Notes: generated by a model from the sequence alone, not told the origin. DNA of 64,000 bases from Nitrospirales bacterium (GCA_963422365.1 OY729426.1:896001-960000); one strand, 5' to 3'. Counted from the stretch's first letter, positions 41,857 to 52,136 are shown. Translations and numbers: made by a program.

Positions 41857-43833
41857 CTACAGATGTGGATTGACCGGAAGAGCGAGGGTAAAGTATCGGC
41901 CCTTATCCTCGACCAGGAGGCGTTTGTCCACAAGGGTAGCGATCGCAGCATCAAGGGAGGTTGCCGAGGTGAACGCCGATGGATCGTCGGTTGAAGCCCG
42001 CCGGATTTGCTTGAGCGTTTTCGGGGCCTCATTGCAAGACTCAAGGAGAAACGAAAAGGGCCAATCAAACCGTTCGCTCGTGGGGTGAGCGGTACGGCCA
42101 TCGTAGACGGTCACGTAACTCATGGCCTTCGAATAGAACAGGAACGGGCGGTCTTGAGAGAAATATCGAGCCCGCCATTCTTGCACGAGATCGAATAACT
42201 GGTCGTAGAGGGCCGGCTCCACCTTCCAATCAATCTCATATTCGAAATCATACGCGATTTTGTTCAGGTTCACGGTCTTCGCATCATACACGTATTCGTA
42301 AGCCGCTCCCGGTCCGGTAATACGCACGCCGTATTCTTCGGGACGCATGAAATACGGGCTGAATCGTTCCAGCCACAGTTTGCCGGTGCTTTCGGGTGGT
42401 TGGAGGTGAAACAGTGAGGGAATAAGTGCGATCTGGCGTTGGTAGTCCTCGTTGGTTTCTTGTGGAAAGCCCAGAAGAATATTCCAGTTGAGATCCAAAT
42501 TGTAATAGCGGCTCCATTTCAAGCACTGAATGTTTTGGAGCGGGCTGACGCCTTTCTCCATTTCCTTGAGTTGCGCGGCGCTCAGGCTTTCAATGCCGGG
42601 CTGCATGCACGTCACCCCGCCTTGGGCAAGGGTTTGAATGTGCTGCTTGGTCAAGTTGGCTTTGGTCTCCATGAACACGTCCAGGTCATAATGACCGGCG
42701 GCGAATCGACCGAACAAATTGTCGATATATGTCAAATCGATGATGTTATCGACCAGCCGAAAGCGTGTGGTGTTATAGCGACTGGAGAGGCCATCCATTT
42801 CTTTGGCCACTTGCTCGGAAGACTTGGCGCGAAACTTCATGGCCTGCGCATTTAACCCACAAAAGGTGCAATGATGTTTTTCGCCCCACCAGCACCCGCG
42901 TGATCCTTCGTAGAGCAAAATCCGATTGAGCCCGGTAGCTCCCTGCCCTTCCAGCTCTCGAACCATTTCAAAATAATCGTCGTAATCCGGTGGCCCGACT
43001 TCGGGAAAATTAGAAAAAAGTGTCGCGTTGGGTTGGAAGTGAATCTGCCTGTCTTTGCGGTAGGCCACCCCGGCCGGGAACGCGTCTTCCTGACGGCGAA
43101 GAATGTTCTTGACCAAAACGGGAAACACGTCTTCGCCCTCGCCGACCACGACGTAATCAATCCAGGGAAACGCCCGGAAATGTTCCAAGCCCATCTCCCC
43201 GTCAAAGTTGGCTCCGCCAAAGACGATGCGAACAGAGGGATACAACTCTTTAATCAATTTGGCCAGGGTCAGGCTCGCCACGTTTTGGTCAAAGGTGGAC
43301 GTCAAACCAACGACTTTGAATTGATCCCAGTCGTACGAGGTCAACAGCTCGGTGAGAAATTGTGGCGCGATGGCGTGGGCGATCTCTTCGAGATACCCCG
43401 TGGAACATCCCGCCTCCTGAGACGTGCTTTCAAACACCGGCTTGAAGACATCGGGATACTGGGCATGCTTCGGGTTGTCTCGAAAGAGAATCGACGAGAA
43501 CAACCACTCTCCGATCATGCCACGTTTTTCGCACAACACTTCGTAGAGCGGGAGACCAATGCGCTGGGCAAAAAGCAAATTAAAGTGATAACACTTGGAC
43601 CCGATGCCATGGTTCTTCAACACCCGAGACAGCGTGCCTAGCTGAATAGAGGGGAATTTGGAATACCCGAACGGCATGGTGACCAAGGCCACCTGCGGGA
43701 CGCCGTTCGGATCGACCCAGGGTTCTTCTTCGAGCGCAGGGCCGGCTTGAGAAACCGGAAAGCCTGTCCCCGACGAGTGTCCCTGACCTGATCGGGGATC
43801 GAATCGGGGAATGGTGATGAGTGGATCAGCCAT
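41857..43833 (-). CDS. B12-binding radical SAM enzyme, RiPP maturation C-methyltransferase type (TIGR03975-like)
   Basis: MPF..PSIQLG, GLTSTFDQN, FGGANFDGEMG, GEGE cobalamin domain, GSRGCWWGEKHHCTFCGLN (CX7CX2C), QPGIES, ERFSPYF. Confidence 0.88.
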   Translation of the reverse strand: MADPLITIPRFDPRSGQGHSSGTGFPVSQAGPALEEEPWVDPNGVPQVALVTMPFGYSKFPSIQLGTLSRVLKNHGIGSKCYHFNLLFAQRIGLPLYEVLCEKRGMIGEWLFSSILFRDNPKHAQYPDVFKPVFESTSQEAGCSTGYLEEIAHAIAPQFLTELLTSYDWDQFKVVGLTSTFDQNVASLTLAKLIKELYPSVRIVFGGANFDGEMGLEHFRAFPWIDYVVVGEGEDVFPVLVKNILRRQEDAFPAGVAYRKDRQIHFQPNATLFSNFPEVGPPDYDDYFEMVRELEGQGATGLNRILLYEGSRGCWWGEKHHCTFCGLNAQAMKFRAKSSEQVAKEMDGLSSRYNTTRFRLVDNIIDLTYIDNLFGRFAAGHYDLDVFMETKANLTKQHIQTLAQGGVTCMQPGIESLSAAQLKEMEKGVSPLQNIQCLKWSRYYNLDLNWNILLGFPQETNEDYQRQIALIPSLFHLQPPESTGKLWLERFSPYFMRPEEYGVRITGPGAAYEYVYDAKTVNLNKIAYDFEYEIDWKVEPALYDQLFDLVQEWRARYFSQDRPFLFYSKAMSYVTVYDGRTAHPTSERFDWPFSFLLESCNEAPKTLKQIRRASTDDPSAFTSATSLDAAIATLVDKRLLVEDKGRYFTLALPVNPHL

Positions 43834-44164
43834 TGCCGTTGAAGACGCGATCGACCTTGGCCGCGAGATAAAAATCGCTTTCCGTGAGCCCGTGAATTTT
43901 ATGCGACCAGATTTCTACTTTACACCGCCCCCACGTGAGATACAGATCGGGATGATGGCCCTCCTCCTCGGCAATCGTGCCGACGGTGTTCACAAAAGCC
44001 AGGGCGGCGGCAAAGTCGGGAAATTCGTACAGGCATTCGATATGGCCGTCGGCATTCAAGCCCCAGCCTTGGTCTAATTGGCCCAACAACTCCTGCACTT
44101 TCACCGGTTCCAGCGGCGGCACCCCGCCGCGGCACGGCACGCATTGATGATCAGCTAAACTCAT
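43826..44164 (-). CDS. phhB: Pterin-4-alpha-carbinolamine dehydratase
   Basis: CVPCRGG, AEEEGHHPDL, WSHKIHGLTESDFYLAAK. Confidence 0.9.
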   Translation of the reverse strand: MSLADHQCVPCRGGVPPLEPVKVQELLGQLDQGWGLNADGHIECLYEFPDFAAALAFVNTVGTIAEEEGHHPDLYLTWGRCKVEIWSHKIHGLTESDFYLAAKVDRVFNGNG

Positions 44165-44186
44165 GAACGTCCCCTCCGGTTATCTC

Positions 44187-44231
44187 ACTCATTGGTCTCC
44201 TCTCCCATCATGGGAGAGGAGACCAATGAGT
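44187..44231. repeat. Perfect 22-bp inverted repeat (45-bp palindrome)
   Basis: ACTCATTGGTCTCCTCTCCCAT-C-ATGGGAGAGGAGACCAATGAGT. Confidence 0.9.
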
Positions 44232-44680
44232 ATAGTCATCAGCAAAGAATTATAGACTTCCACAATGACAAGGCACAAATCTTTGCCCGATCAATAATGC
44301 AAAAAACTTCTTGGCCTTGATCTAGGAAACTATGGCATACTTGCCAAATTCACCCTGCTGTCTGATGGAATCACCTTGGGAGAAGGAGGTGTACCATGGG
44401 CCAAACCAAAGCGATCGTGAAGGATGGGATCATGACTCATCAAAAAATTCAAGATACGTCAGTCACCATTCTATTGCCATCCTGGTGGTGAATAACTTCC
44501 ATTGACGTACCAAAGGGTACACCATATGTCAGGGACAATTATGCAAAGCATCGCCATCCTTGCTGAGATGGGTGAGCGGAACATACGTGAAAGAAAACGG
44601 TTTGCCTCATCGCGCTCTCACAAGTAAGATACGGCTCTATTCTACCGGCTCCATTCGATGCCACGACACGTAGAGACAGC

Positions 44681-45869
44681 ATGTTCGCTCGAATCATAAC
44701 TACCCCCCCCCCCCCCCTCAGAAAAATCGCCTGAGCTGACGATCCTGATCCTCTGCCGCGACGAGGAGAAGTCCATCGCCCGCTGCGTCGGCGAAGCCAG
44801 AGGGTTCCTGAACAGACACGCTATCGCCGGGGAGGTCCTGGTGGTGGACAACGCCAGCCGGGACCGCTCCGCGGAATTTGCGGAAGAGGCCGGCGCCCGC
44901 GTCGTTCAGGAGTCGCGGGCAGGCTACGGCAACGCGGTCAACGCCGGCATCCGAGCCGCCCGCGGCCGGCTCATCATCCTCGGCGATGGAGACGGGGAGC
45001 ACGACCTCGGCGCGCTGGCGCCGTTCTGGGAGAAGCTGCAAGGCGGCTGCGACTTCGTGTTCGGCAACCGCTTCGCCGGCGGCATCGAGGACGGCGCGAT
45101 GTCGTTCCTGCACCGACATGTGGGCAATCCGCTACTGTCGGGCCTCGGCAGGCTGTTCTTCCGCACGCCTGTGGGCGACTTCCATTGCGGCTTGCGGGGA
45201 TTCAAAGCCGCAAGCGTCCGCGCCCTCGCGCTGCAATGTCCGGGACACGAAGCGACGAGCGAGGTGGTCGTCAAGGCAGTGCGCAAGAACATGCGCATCG
45301 CCGAGGCGCCGGTCGTGCAACGCCGCGCCTTCGACCCCGACCGTTCTTCGCATTTGCGCACCTGGCGCGACGGCTGGCGCCATTTGTGCCTGCTGCTCAT
45401 GCTCTCCCCCCGCTGGTTGTTTCTCCATCCAGGCTACGCGTTGCTGGCGGCGGGCCTGGCCGCCATGGCCGCGCCGTTTCTGATTCCCGCCGGGTTCGGC
45501 GTCTACACCATGCTGTTCGGTTCGGCGTTCATCATCTGCGGCGTTCAGTTGGCGGCGTTCCACCTGTTGGCGCACATGTTCGGCGACACCATCGGCTTCA
45601 CTGACGGACGGCTATGGAACTGGGTGCGGCAACGCCGGATTCTGGAGCCCTGCCTCGCCGCAGGCTGCGCGCTGGCCCTGGTGGGCGTGGCGGGAAGCGT
45701 CTGGAGCCTGTTCGTCTGGGCGCAGACCGGCCCTGCGGAGATCGAGACGCGCCTGGCCGTCGCCATCCCCTCCGCCGCGCTGCTGGTCGTGGGCGTGCAG
45801 ACGATGTTCTTCGGCTTCCTGCTGGCGCTGCTCGCGACACAAGGGGCCGGAGCGAGAGTCGAGTCCTGA
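44681..45869 (+). pseudogene. GT2 polyprenol-phosphate glycosyltransferase (GtrB/ArnC/DPM-synthase-like), frameshifted at a C15 tract
   Basis: The GT2 frame reads SEKSPELTILILCRDEE...EVLVVDNASRD, GYGNA, GDGDG, DFHCGLRGF, SHLRTWRDGWRHL plus C-terminal TMs. The in-frame TAA at 44697 precedes the tract. ATG 44681 would be in frame with C14 or C17. Confidence 0.8.
44703..44717 (+). repeat. Homopolymeric C15 tract at the GT2 5' end
   Basis: Directly visible: ta-C15-tcag. Confidence 0.9.
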
Positions 45870-45904
45870 TATTGTCCCGGCTTGACGGAAAGTGCCTGGC
45901 TCTG

Positions 45905-47796
45905 ATGCTCCGCTCTCTCGGGGTATATACCGCAGTCCTCATTCTGGGCACGGGTTTCTTCTTCTTTCTGCACCACATCGGTAACGGGCTTCATTACGAG
46001 CAGGCGAAGCAACGGTTCTCCGACGACATCGCAGCGAATTTACCGAATACCTACGTTGGGTACGTCTCCCGTTTCAATAGTGCATTCACATACTGTCAGA
46101 TATCGCTGGCGGTGATAGAGGAGCGTGGTGGCAGGAAAAGTCCGACGGCAATCGTCCCTTGGTGGATGCCGTGCTGCCAATAACGTTCGCGAAAGAGATA
46201 GCGCCCGATTCGAACTATTGCGCCGAGGTCGAAGCTGTATCCGGTGGCGCGGTTCTCGGTACGTACCGGTTCAAGCCTCGATATTGGTGGGGTAGCAAGG
46301 CGATCTTCGCCATCGCACTGCGCTATCTGTCCATTATCGAGTTCTACCATATCATCTCGCTCATGACCTATGGAGCCTACTTTCTGCTTGCCAGTGCTCT
46401 GTTGTTGATCGGCTGGAGGACACTGCTGGTCACTGCTCCCTTGATAGTATTCGGTGCATTCTTCTCCGGCATCCGATATTTTTTAGGTGTGGAAAACGGC
46501 ATCCCGTATCTATGGGCAGTGCTGGCGGCGACTATCCTGACTCTGCTTCTGTGGCGGCACGGATCCGCGCGGGCGGCACCGCTGTTCTGCTTCACTGCGG
46601 GGATGGTGTCGTCCTATTTGTGGCTGTTCGATGGACACAACTTCCTTGCCATCGCGCTGATTGGGCTGATTGGCTGGCTCGGACACGAGCGCCTGAACAC
46701 ACGTGACCGGGTTCGACGAGTGAGTAGTTACCTTCTGCTTTACGCTGTCGGATTTATCCTTTGCTTCGCGGCGAACCAGGTAACCAAGACGGTCGTGTAT
46801 GAACAGGCAATCGTTGGCGGGAGCAATTATTTTGGCGGGGGCGTAGCAACGCATTTATTTAGTCAAGTTCTTTACCATTTGGAACGAATTTTCTCCCCTG
46901 AAGACAGGGATTTATATGGTCGGAGCATAGTCACCTTTTGGGGACTGTCACTGTCGTCAATCAGGCCGACAGTGGGCATCGCTCTGACCGGCCTTTCCGC
47001 GCTGGCGCTACTTGGAGCAGGATTCTTCGCCAGATATCAGGCGCGGCGCGGACACCCCGAGCTTGCCCGGAACATCCTGTGGATTGTCGGCATCATGCTG
47101 CTGGCCTGTGTCAATTTCTTACAACCCAATGACCTTCCTTATCGGGTCTCGCGGATCATGTTCGTGCCCCTCGCCCTTTGCTGGTCGTGCCTTATCCTGG
47201 CCGTTATGGATGCCGCGATTCCCCGATGGATTGTTCGCATTGCGGACCGACTCCCGTGGCGCAACCGACTGCTGCAAAGTGTCAACTGGCGCCATGCGAC
47301 CTGGGCCGGTCTTTTCCTGTTTGCGACGGCACTGTATTGGCACAATCCGCCGATACTGATCCTGCCAGACCGCAACACCGACGAAGGTCGGAGCCGGGAA
47401 AGGACGTTCTTGTTGGAGGCCGATGAGATTCGTTCCTCATACCAGCAATTCATGGTCGGCGAGCCGATTATACGCGCCGACTTCGATGTGTATCACAACA
47501 AGGGCAGTCTGTTGTACGTCAAAGAGAAGTGCACCGACGCTGATGCTGCCCCGCGCTTCTCCCTGCATGTCTTTCCGGTTGACCAGGATAACTTGCCTGC
47601 ATCCCGCTGGCCATATGGCTTCGACAACCTGGACTTTTTCTTCGACGAATACGGGTTTCGGCACGACGGGCGATGCGTCGTGGGGCGCAATCTCCCCGAC
47701 TATCGAATCGCCCGCATCCGCACCAGCCAATTCACCGCTGAGGGACAGCTATGGAAGGGCGAGCACCGCTTTGGCGGGAAGGATGCAACGCCATGA
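45905..47796 (+). pseudogene. Multi-TM membrane protein (possible GT-C-like) with C-terminal conserved two-Cys module, one frameshift near 46080-46180
   Basis: ATG 45905 frame (MLRSLG..YCQISLAV) continues in the 46159 frame (..KPRYWWG..SSYLWLFDGH..). Ends in the module EPIIRADFDVY..C..FDNLDF..GRC..LPDY.I.RIRT.QF. Confidence 0.65.
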
Positions 47797-48044
47797 GGCG
47801 CTTCGGGATTGACGGGTTCACCGCACTCTTGGCGGCAATCGGGGCGCTGGCCCTGGCGGGCGCGGCGGGAGGCGTCTGGAGCCTGTTCGTCTGGGTGCAG
47901 ACCGGCCCTGCAGCCATCGAGACGCGCCTGACCGTCACCATCCCCTCCGTCGCCATGCTGGTCGTCGGCCTCCAGACGATGTTCTCCGGCTTCCTGCTGG
48001 CGCTGCTCGCGACACAAGGAGCGGGAACGAGAGGCGAGTCCTGA
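47793..48044 (+). pseudogene. Chimeric ORF: first 20 codons of the 49774 GT-C gene fused to a copy of the GT2 C-terminus
   Basis: MRRFGIDGFTALLAAIGALA is identical to the start of the 49774 gene. The rest aligns to the GT2 end (VWSLFVW.QTGPA.IETRL...LLATQGAG..ES). Junction at GCGCTGGCC. Confidence 0.8.
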
Positions 48045-48076
48045 CGCTGCCCCGGCTTGACGGAAAGTTCCTGGAT

Positions 48077-49777
48077 TTGTGGAGTTTGACTTTAGTGCTA
48101 CCGAGTAGAACCGCTGCCGCCCCACTGCGTTTCCCGAGCATGCATGGCGTTGATTCGCCGGCCTCCGCCGTCAGACATCTCATTGTCTGCCTGCACGTAC
48201 TCTTCTTCAGCTACCTCACAATCAACCACCCGTGGCTCTACAAAGCGCTGACCATGGAGGATTACTGGGTGGAGAACACCACCGCCGGCCTGTTTCTTCT
48301 CACAGGCCTCTTGCTGTTCGCCACGGCTTGGGCGGAGAAGGGTGTTTTCCACCGCTGCCTCTATATCCTTGGCGGCTTGGTGATGGTGTTCGTCGCGGGC
48401 GAGGAGATCAGTTGGGGGCAGCGCCTGATCGGATTTGCGACTCCGGATGCCCTGATGGACATCAATGCTCAGGAAGAGTTCAATCTTCACAATATCGACA
48501 TCAATCTATTCTATCTCATACAGCTTTACGGATCGTTGGGTCTGTGCGTTGCAGCGTGCGCCGCCTATTTCGCCAGGAAGACCGCACTGTTCGGGATTCC
48601 CCTGCCGTCCATTTGGATAGCGTTGGGCTCTCTCGTGCTGTTGTCATGTACGTGGGATCCGAGAATTGGCGAGGGCGAGGCCTATCCTGTCTTCAGGGAC
48701 AGACACTTTCTGCTGCCGATCCTCTCCATCGCGCTGCTGATTATTTTCATCTGCTCCCTCTTTCGCAGACAAGGAAAGCTGGTCGTCGCCGCTGTTGTCA
48801 CCGTGGCGACCGTTCTGACCAGTTTGTATGTGAACGCCCATCAACCCATCATTCAAGAAGGAGTCAACGAAACACGGGAATATCTGCTGGGCCTTCTCTG
48901 CCTTTTCTATTCCTGGGAACTGTTTTCGGTTCAGCCGCGGTGGAGGACAGCCTTGCCGGCTGCGCTCCCCGTTCTGGCGCTTCGGGACATTCGACTCCCC
49001 ATCTGGCATGGCACGGCTTGGCTGATCGTCGGCGGCGGCATCGCATTGGCATCCTGGCAACATTTCTTGATCAAGACAGACGCTGCCTTGATCGGTGACG
49101 GACGCGAACCAATCATTCGTTCCCGATTTGATGTTTACTCGAGCGAGCGCCGCTTGATATTCGTCAAGGAAGCGTGCCGATCCGAGGATATCGGCAGGCT
49201 GATCTTCCTGCAAATGGCCGGGGCCGGGGAGCGTGGCGCCAATCTCTACTTCGCCGTCCCACGGGCCAGATTGACGGACGATGGCCGATGCATCGTTGGC
49301 CTCAACCTTCCCTACGACATCACCCGAATCAGAACCGGCTGGCACACCCCTGAAAGAGGTATATGGAAAGAGATATGGGACAAGTGGTTCTTGTTCGATG
49401 TCGCCGATCTTAGCTCATCCTATCAGCAAGCCACGGCTGGCGAACCGATCGTCAGCTCCCACTTCGACGTATACCGCCACGAAGACAGGCTGATATACCT
49501 CAAGGAACAGTGCACGGAGACAGACACCGAGCCGCCCTTCTTTTTGCACCTCATCCCGGTTGACGCGGCCGACTTTCCCGACCACCGGCGACAATACGAT
49601 TTCGACAACATGGACTTCCACTTCGGTCCCTACGGATCTGTGGACGATGGGCGCTGCGTGGCGACGCGCCGTCTTCCCAGCTACGCCATCGCCGCCATCC
49701 GCACCGGCCAATTCACCGCTGAGGGGCAGCTATGGAAGGGCGAGCACCGTTTTGGCGTGGCGGATGTAACGCCATGA
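48077..49777 (+). CDS. Uncharacterised membrane protein (EEISWGQR motif) with two C-terminal two-Cys modules
   Basis: EDYWVEN, FVAGEEISWGQRL, NAQEEFNLHN, multiple TMs, modules starting near 49106 and 49442. Start uncertain. Confidence 0.75.
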   Translation: MWSLTLVLPSRTAAAPLRFPSMHGVDSPASAVRHLIVCLHVLFFSYLTINHPWLYKALTMEDYWVENTTAGLFLLTGLLLFATAWAEKGVFHRCLYILGGLVMVFVAGEEISWGQRLIGFATPDALMDINAQEEFNLHNIDINLFYLIQLYGSLGLCVAACAAYFARKTALFGIPLPSIWIALGSLVLLSCTWDPRIGEGEAYPVFRDRHFLLPILSIALLIIFICSLFRRQGKLVVAAVVTVATVLTSLYVNAHQPIIQEGVNETREYLLGLLCLFYSWELFSVQPRWRTALPAALPVLALRDIRLPIWHGTAWLIVGGGIALASWQHFLIKTDAALIGDGREPIIRSRFDVYSSERRLIFVKEACRSEDIGRLIFLQMAGAGERGANLYFAVPRARLTDDGRCIVGLNLPYDITRIRTGWHTPERGIWKEIWDKWFLFDVADLSSSYQQATAGEPIVSSHFDVYRHEDRLIYLKEQCTETDTEPPFFLHLIPVDAADFPDHRRQYDFDNMDFHFGPYGSVDDGRCVATRRLPSYAIAAIRTGQFTAEGQLWKGEHRFGVADVTP

Positions 49778-52089
49778 GACGCTTCGGGATTGACGGGTTC
49801 ACCGCACTCTTGGCGGCAATCGGGGCGCTGGCCGGCGGGCTCGTCCTGTTGCGCACGAATAACTACGGGGCAGCGATAGCAGGAGATTCCCTTCTCTATC
49901 TCTCTGTGGCGGAAAATCTGCTGGATGGAAACAGCTTCGTCGCATGGCACACTAAGAGAATCTACCTGGATGGGGCGCCCCTGTTTCCGCTGGCGGTGGC
50001 TGGAGTCGGCCTGTTAGGCGTGGAGGTTCTCGAAGCCGCCCGGTACCTGAACGCCGCCGCCTTCGGGCTGACCGTCTTCGTGACCGCGATGTGGCTGCGC
50101 TGCCGCGTCGCACCACACTTTCTGGTCCTTTGGTCCGCCTGTGCCTGCGCTCTGTCCGTGTCTCTGTCCACCAGCGCCGCATCGGTCATGACGGAGACTC
50201 TTTTCCTCCTGTTCGCCACGCTCTCGCTGTTCAGCTTGGATCGCTTCCTGGATACGCGTCAGAAGTGGCTGCTGCTCACGGCGGGCCTTTGCGCGGGTTT
50301 GGCGTGGGCGACCCGCTACATCGGCGTCACCGTCGTGGCCAGCGCCCTGCTTCTGTTGCTGTTGCAGGGCAGGACGGCGTTCCCCACCAGGATAAGGTAC
50401 GCCGCCCTCTTCGCTATCATTGCCGGGGCGCCCGTGGGCCTGTGGATGCTGCGCAACGTTCTGCACACGGGTATGCCGTTGGGCGTTGTGTACCCGACAG
50501 GCTTCTCCCTGCTGTCCAGTCTCCATGTTGCCAGTGATGAGTTTATCGAATGGATGATTGGGGAGAACGCGTTTCGTTTTTTAGGCGCCAGGCTCGCCGA
50601 AATTGTAGCTGGCATCACCGAAGGGGGCGAGATTGTCTTCATGTCGTTGAAGGTCGGTTTCCTGCTGGCGGTGGCATCCGGTGTCATCTATGCGCTGATA
50701 CGCCTGCGTCGACGAGGTTACGCGCAAAGCTGGAGCATATGGGCCGTCCCCGTCGCCTTCGCATCCATCTATGGGGTTTTCCTTACGTTTCACCTGCCGC
50801 TTATCGATGTGAACCTCCCTCCAAGGTATCTCGCGCCGCTCTATGTGCCGTTGCTGGTGGCGGCAACATTGTTTCTGAACGAGGTCCTGCGTTGCGCCGC
50901 CCCTGCGCGTTCGTTGGCAATGCCATCCTTCCTGCGGAAATGGAGCGGCGGGGCCAAAACGATTGCAAACGGACCTGCACTCGCCCTGACGGCCTGTCTG
51001 TCGCTCTGGCTCTTCTCGCATTCGTACGCAAACTATAGTGACATACGACATTGGGTGAACAACGGTTACGGCTACGCATCCAGGCAATGGCGAGATTCCA
51101 GCACCATCCGCTATTTGGACAATTACCTGCACGATGAAGATGTCTGGAGCAACAACGCTACCTCAATTCAATTCCTGTTGGATGCGCCCGGCCGGAACAG
51201 CAACAAGCTGCCTTACGCCAGGCCGACGCCGGACAACTTGCGCCGCTGGCTGGGCATCGACGGCTGGATCCGCCAGTTCGATCCGTACATCGTCTGGTTC
51301 CATGGCGTGAACGAAGCGCGTTACGACTACGACCTTGCGGAGCTCGCTGCGCTGCCCGGCGTGCAGGTGGAGGCGGTTCTGGAAGACGGCGTCGTGTTCA
51401 AAGCCGTGGGGCCGCGCATCGGCTTCCACGTGTCCTATGACAAAAACGAGAACAAGCTGATCTATGTCAGGGAAAATTGCCGCGCGGAGGACCTCGAAGC
51501 ACCGGTCTTCCTGCGCGTCTTCCCGATGGACAAGGCCGACCTGCCCGACAGCCGCCGCCGTTACGGTTCCGACAACCTCGATTTTCATCTCGGCAGAAGA
51601 GTTTCATACTTGGACGGACGATGCGTTGCGGAGCGCGATCTCCCCGACTACGCCATCGCCCGTATGGACACCGGCCAATACACTGCCGAAGGGCGGATAT
51701 GGAGGGTATGGCTCCACCCTTCCGACGACGCCGAGCGCCGTCCGTCGTACCAGCAAATCATGGCTGACGGACCGATTATCCGCGCCGACTTCGACATGTA
51801 CCTGGACGACTACAGCCTGATTTACGTCAAGGAAGGATGCCGCGCGGAGGACCTCGACGCCCCTGTCTTTCTGCACGTCTTCCCGATGGACAAGGCCGAC
51901 CTGCCCGACAGCCGCCGCCGTGACGGTTTCGAACACCTCGATTTTCATCTCGTCAGAAGAGTTTTATACCTGGACGGAAGATGCATTGCGGTGCGTGATC
52001 TTCCCGACTATCCCATTGGCCGCATCCACACTGGCCAGTTCATACAAGGTCAAGGCAGGCTGTGGACGAGTGAATTCAGTCCCGATTGA
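49774..52089 (+). CDS. GT-C fold (PMT_2/ArnT-like) membrane glycosyltransferase with periplasmic domain and two two-Cys modules
   Basis: DSLLYLSVAENL..G, APLFPL, TETLF, TRYIG, PRYLAPLY, many TMs. ATGA overlap with the upstream gene. Confidence 0.78.
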   Translation: MRRFGIDGFTALLAAIGALAGGLVLLRTNNYGAAIAGDSLLYLSVAENLLDGNSFVAWHTKRIYLDGAPLFPLAVAGVGLLGVEVLEAARYLNAAAFGLTVFVTAMWLRCRVAPHFLVLWSACACALSVSLSTSAASVMTETLFLLFATLSLFSLDRFLDTRQKWLLLTAGLCAGLAWATRYIGVTVVASALLLLLLQGRTAFPTRIRYAALFAIIAGAPVGLWMLRNVLHTGMPLGVVYPTGFSLLSSLHVASDEFIEWMIGENAFRFLGARLAEIVAGITEGGEIVFMSLKVGFLLAVASGVIYALIRLRRRGYAQSWSIWAVPVAFASIYGVFLTFHLPLIDVNLPPRYLAPLYVPLLVAATLFLNEVLRCAAPARSLAMPSFLRKWSGGAKTIANGPALALTACLSLWLFSHSYANYSDIRHWVNNGYGYASRQWRDSSTIRYLDNYLHDEDVWSNNATSIQFLLDAPGRNSNKLPYARPTPDNLRRWLGIDGWIRQFDPYIVWFHGVNEARYDYDLAELAALPGVQVEAVLEDGVVFKAVGPRIGFHVSYDKNENKLIYVRENCRAEDLEAPVFLRVFPMDKADLPDSRRRYGSDNLDFHLGRRVSYLDGRCVAERDLPDYAIARMDTGQYTAEGRIWRVWLHPSDDAERRPSYQQIMADGPIIRADFDMYLDDYSLIYVKEGCRAEDLDAPVFLHVFPMDKADLPDSRRRDGFEHLDFHLVRRVLYLDGRCIAVRDLPDYPIGRIHTGQFIQGQGRLWTSEFSPD

Positions 52090-52136
52090 TGGACAGTCTC
52101 ATCGTGACCAAACCCCAAGCCGCAGCGTGAAATGCC

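Noticed and set aside
41388..42101. 237-aa minus-strand ORF downstream of the rSAM
   Set aside because: Overlaps the rSAM end and the more plausible plus-strand small gene, and has no protein-like motifs.
44396..44491. 31-aa ORF with strong AGGAGG RBS as the RiPP precursor
   Set aside because: Divergent from the rSAM with no recognisable leader or core pattern. More likely a gene remnant, so kept only as a test candidate.
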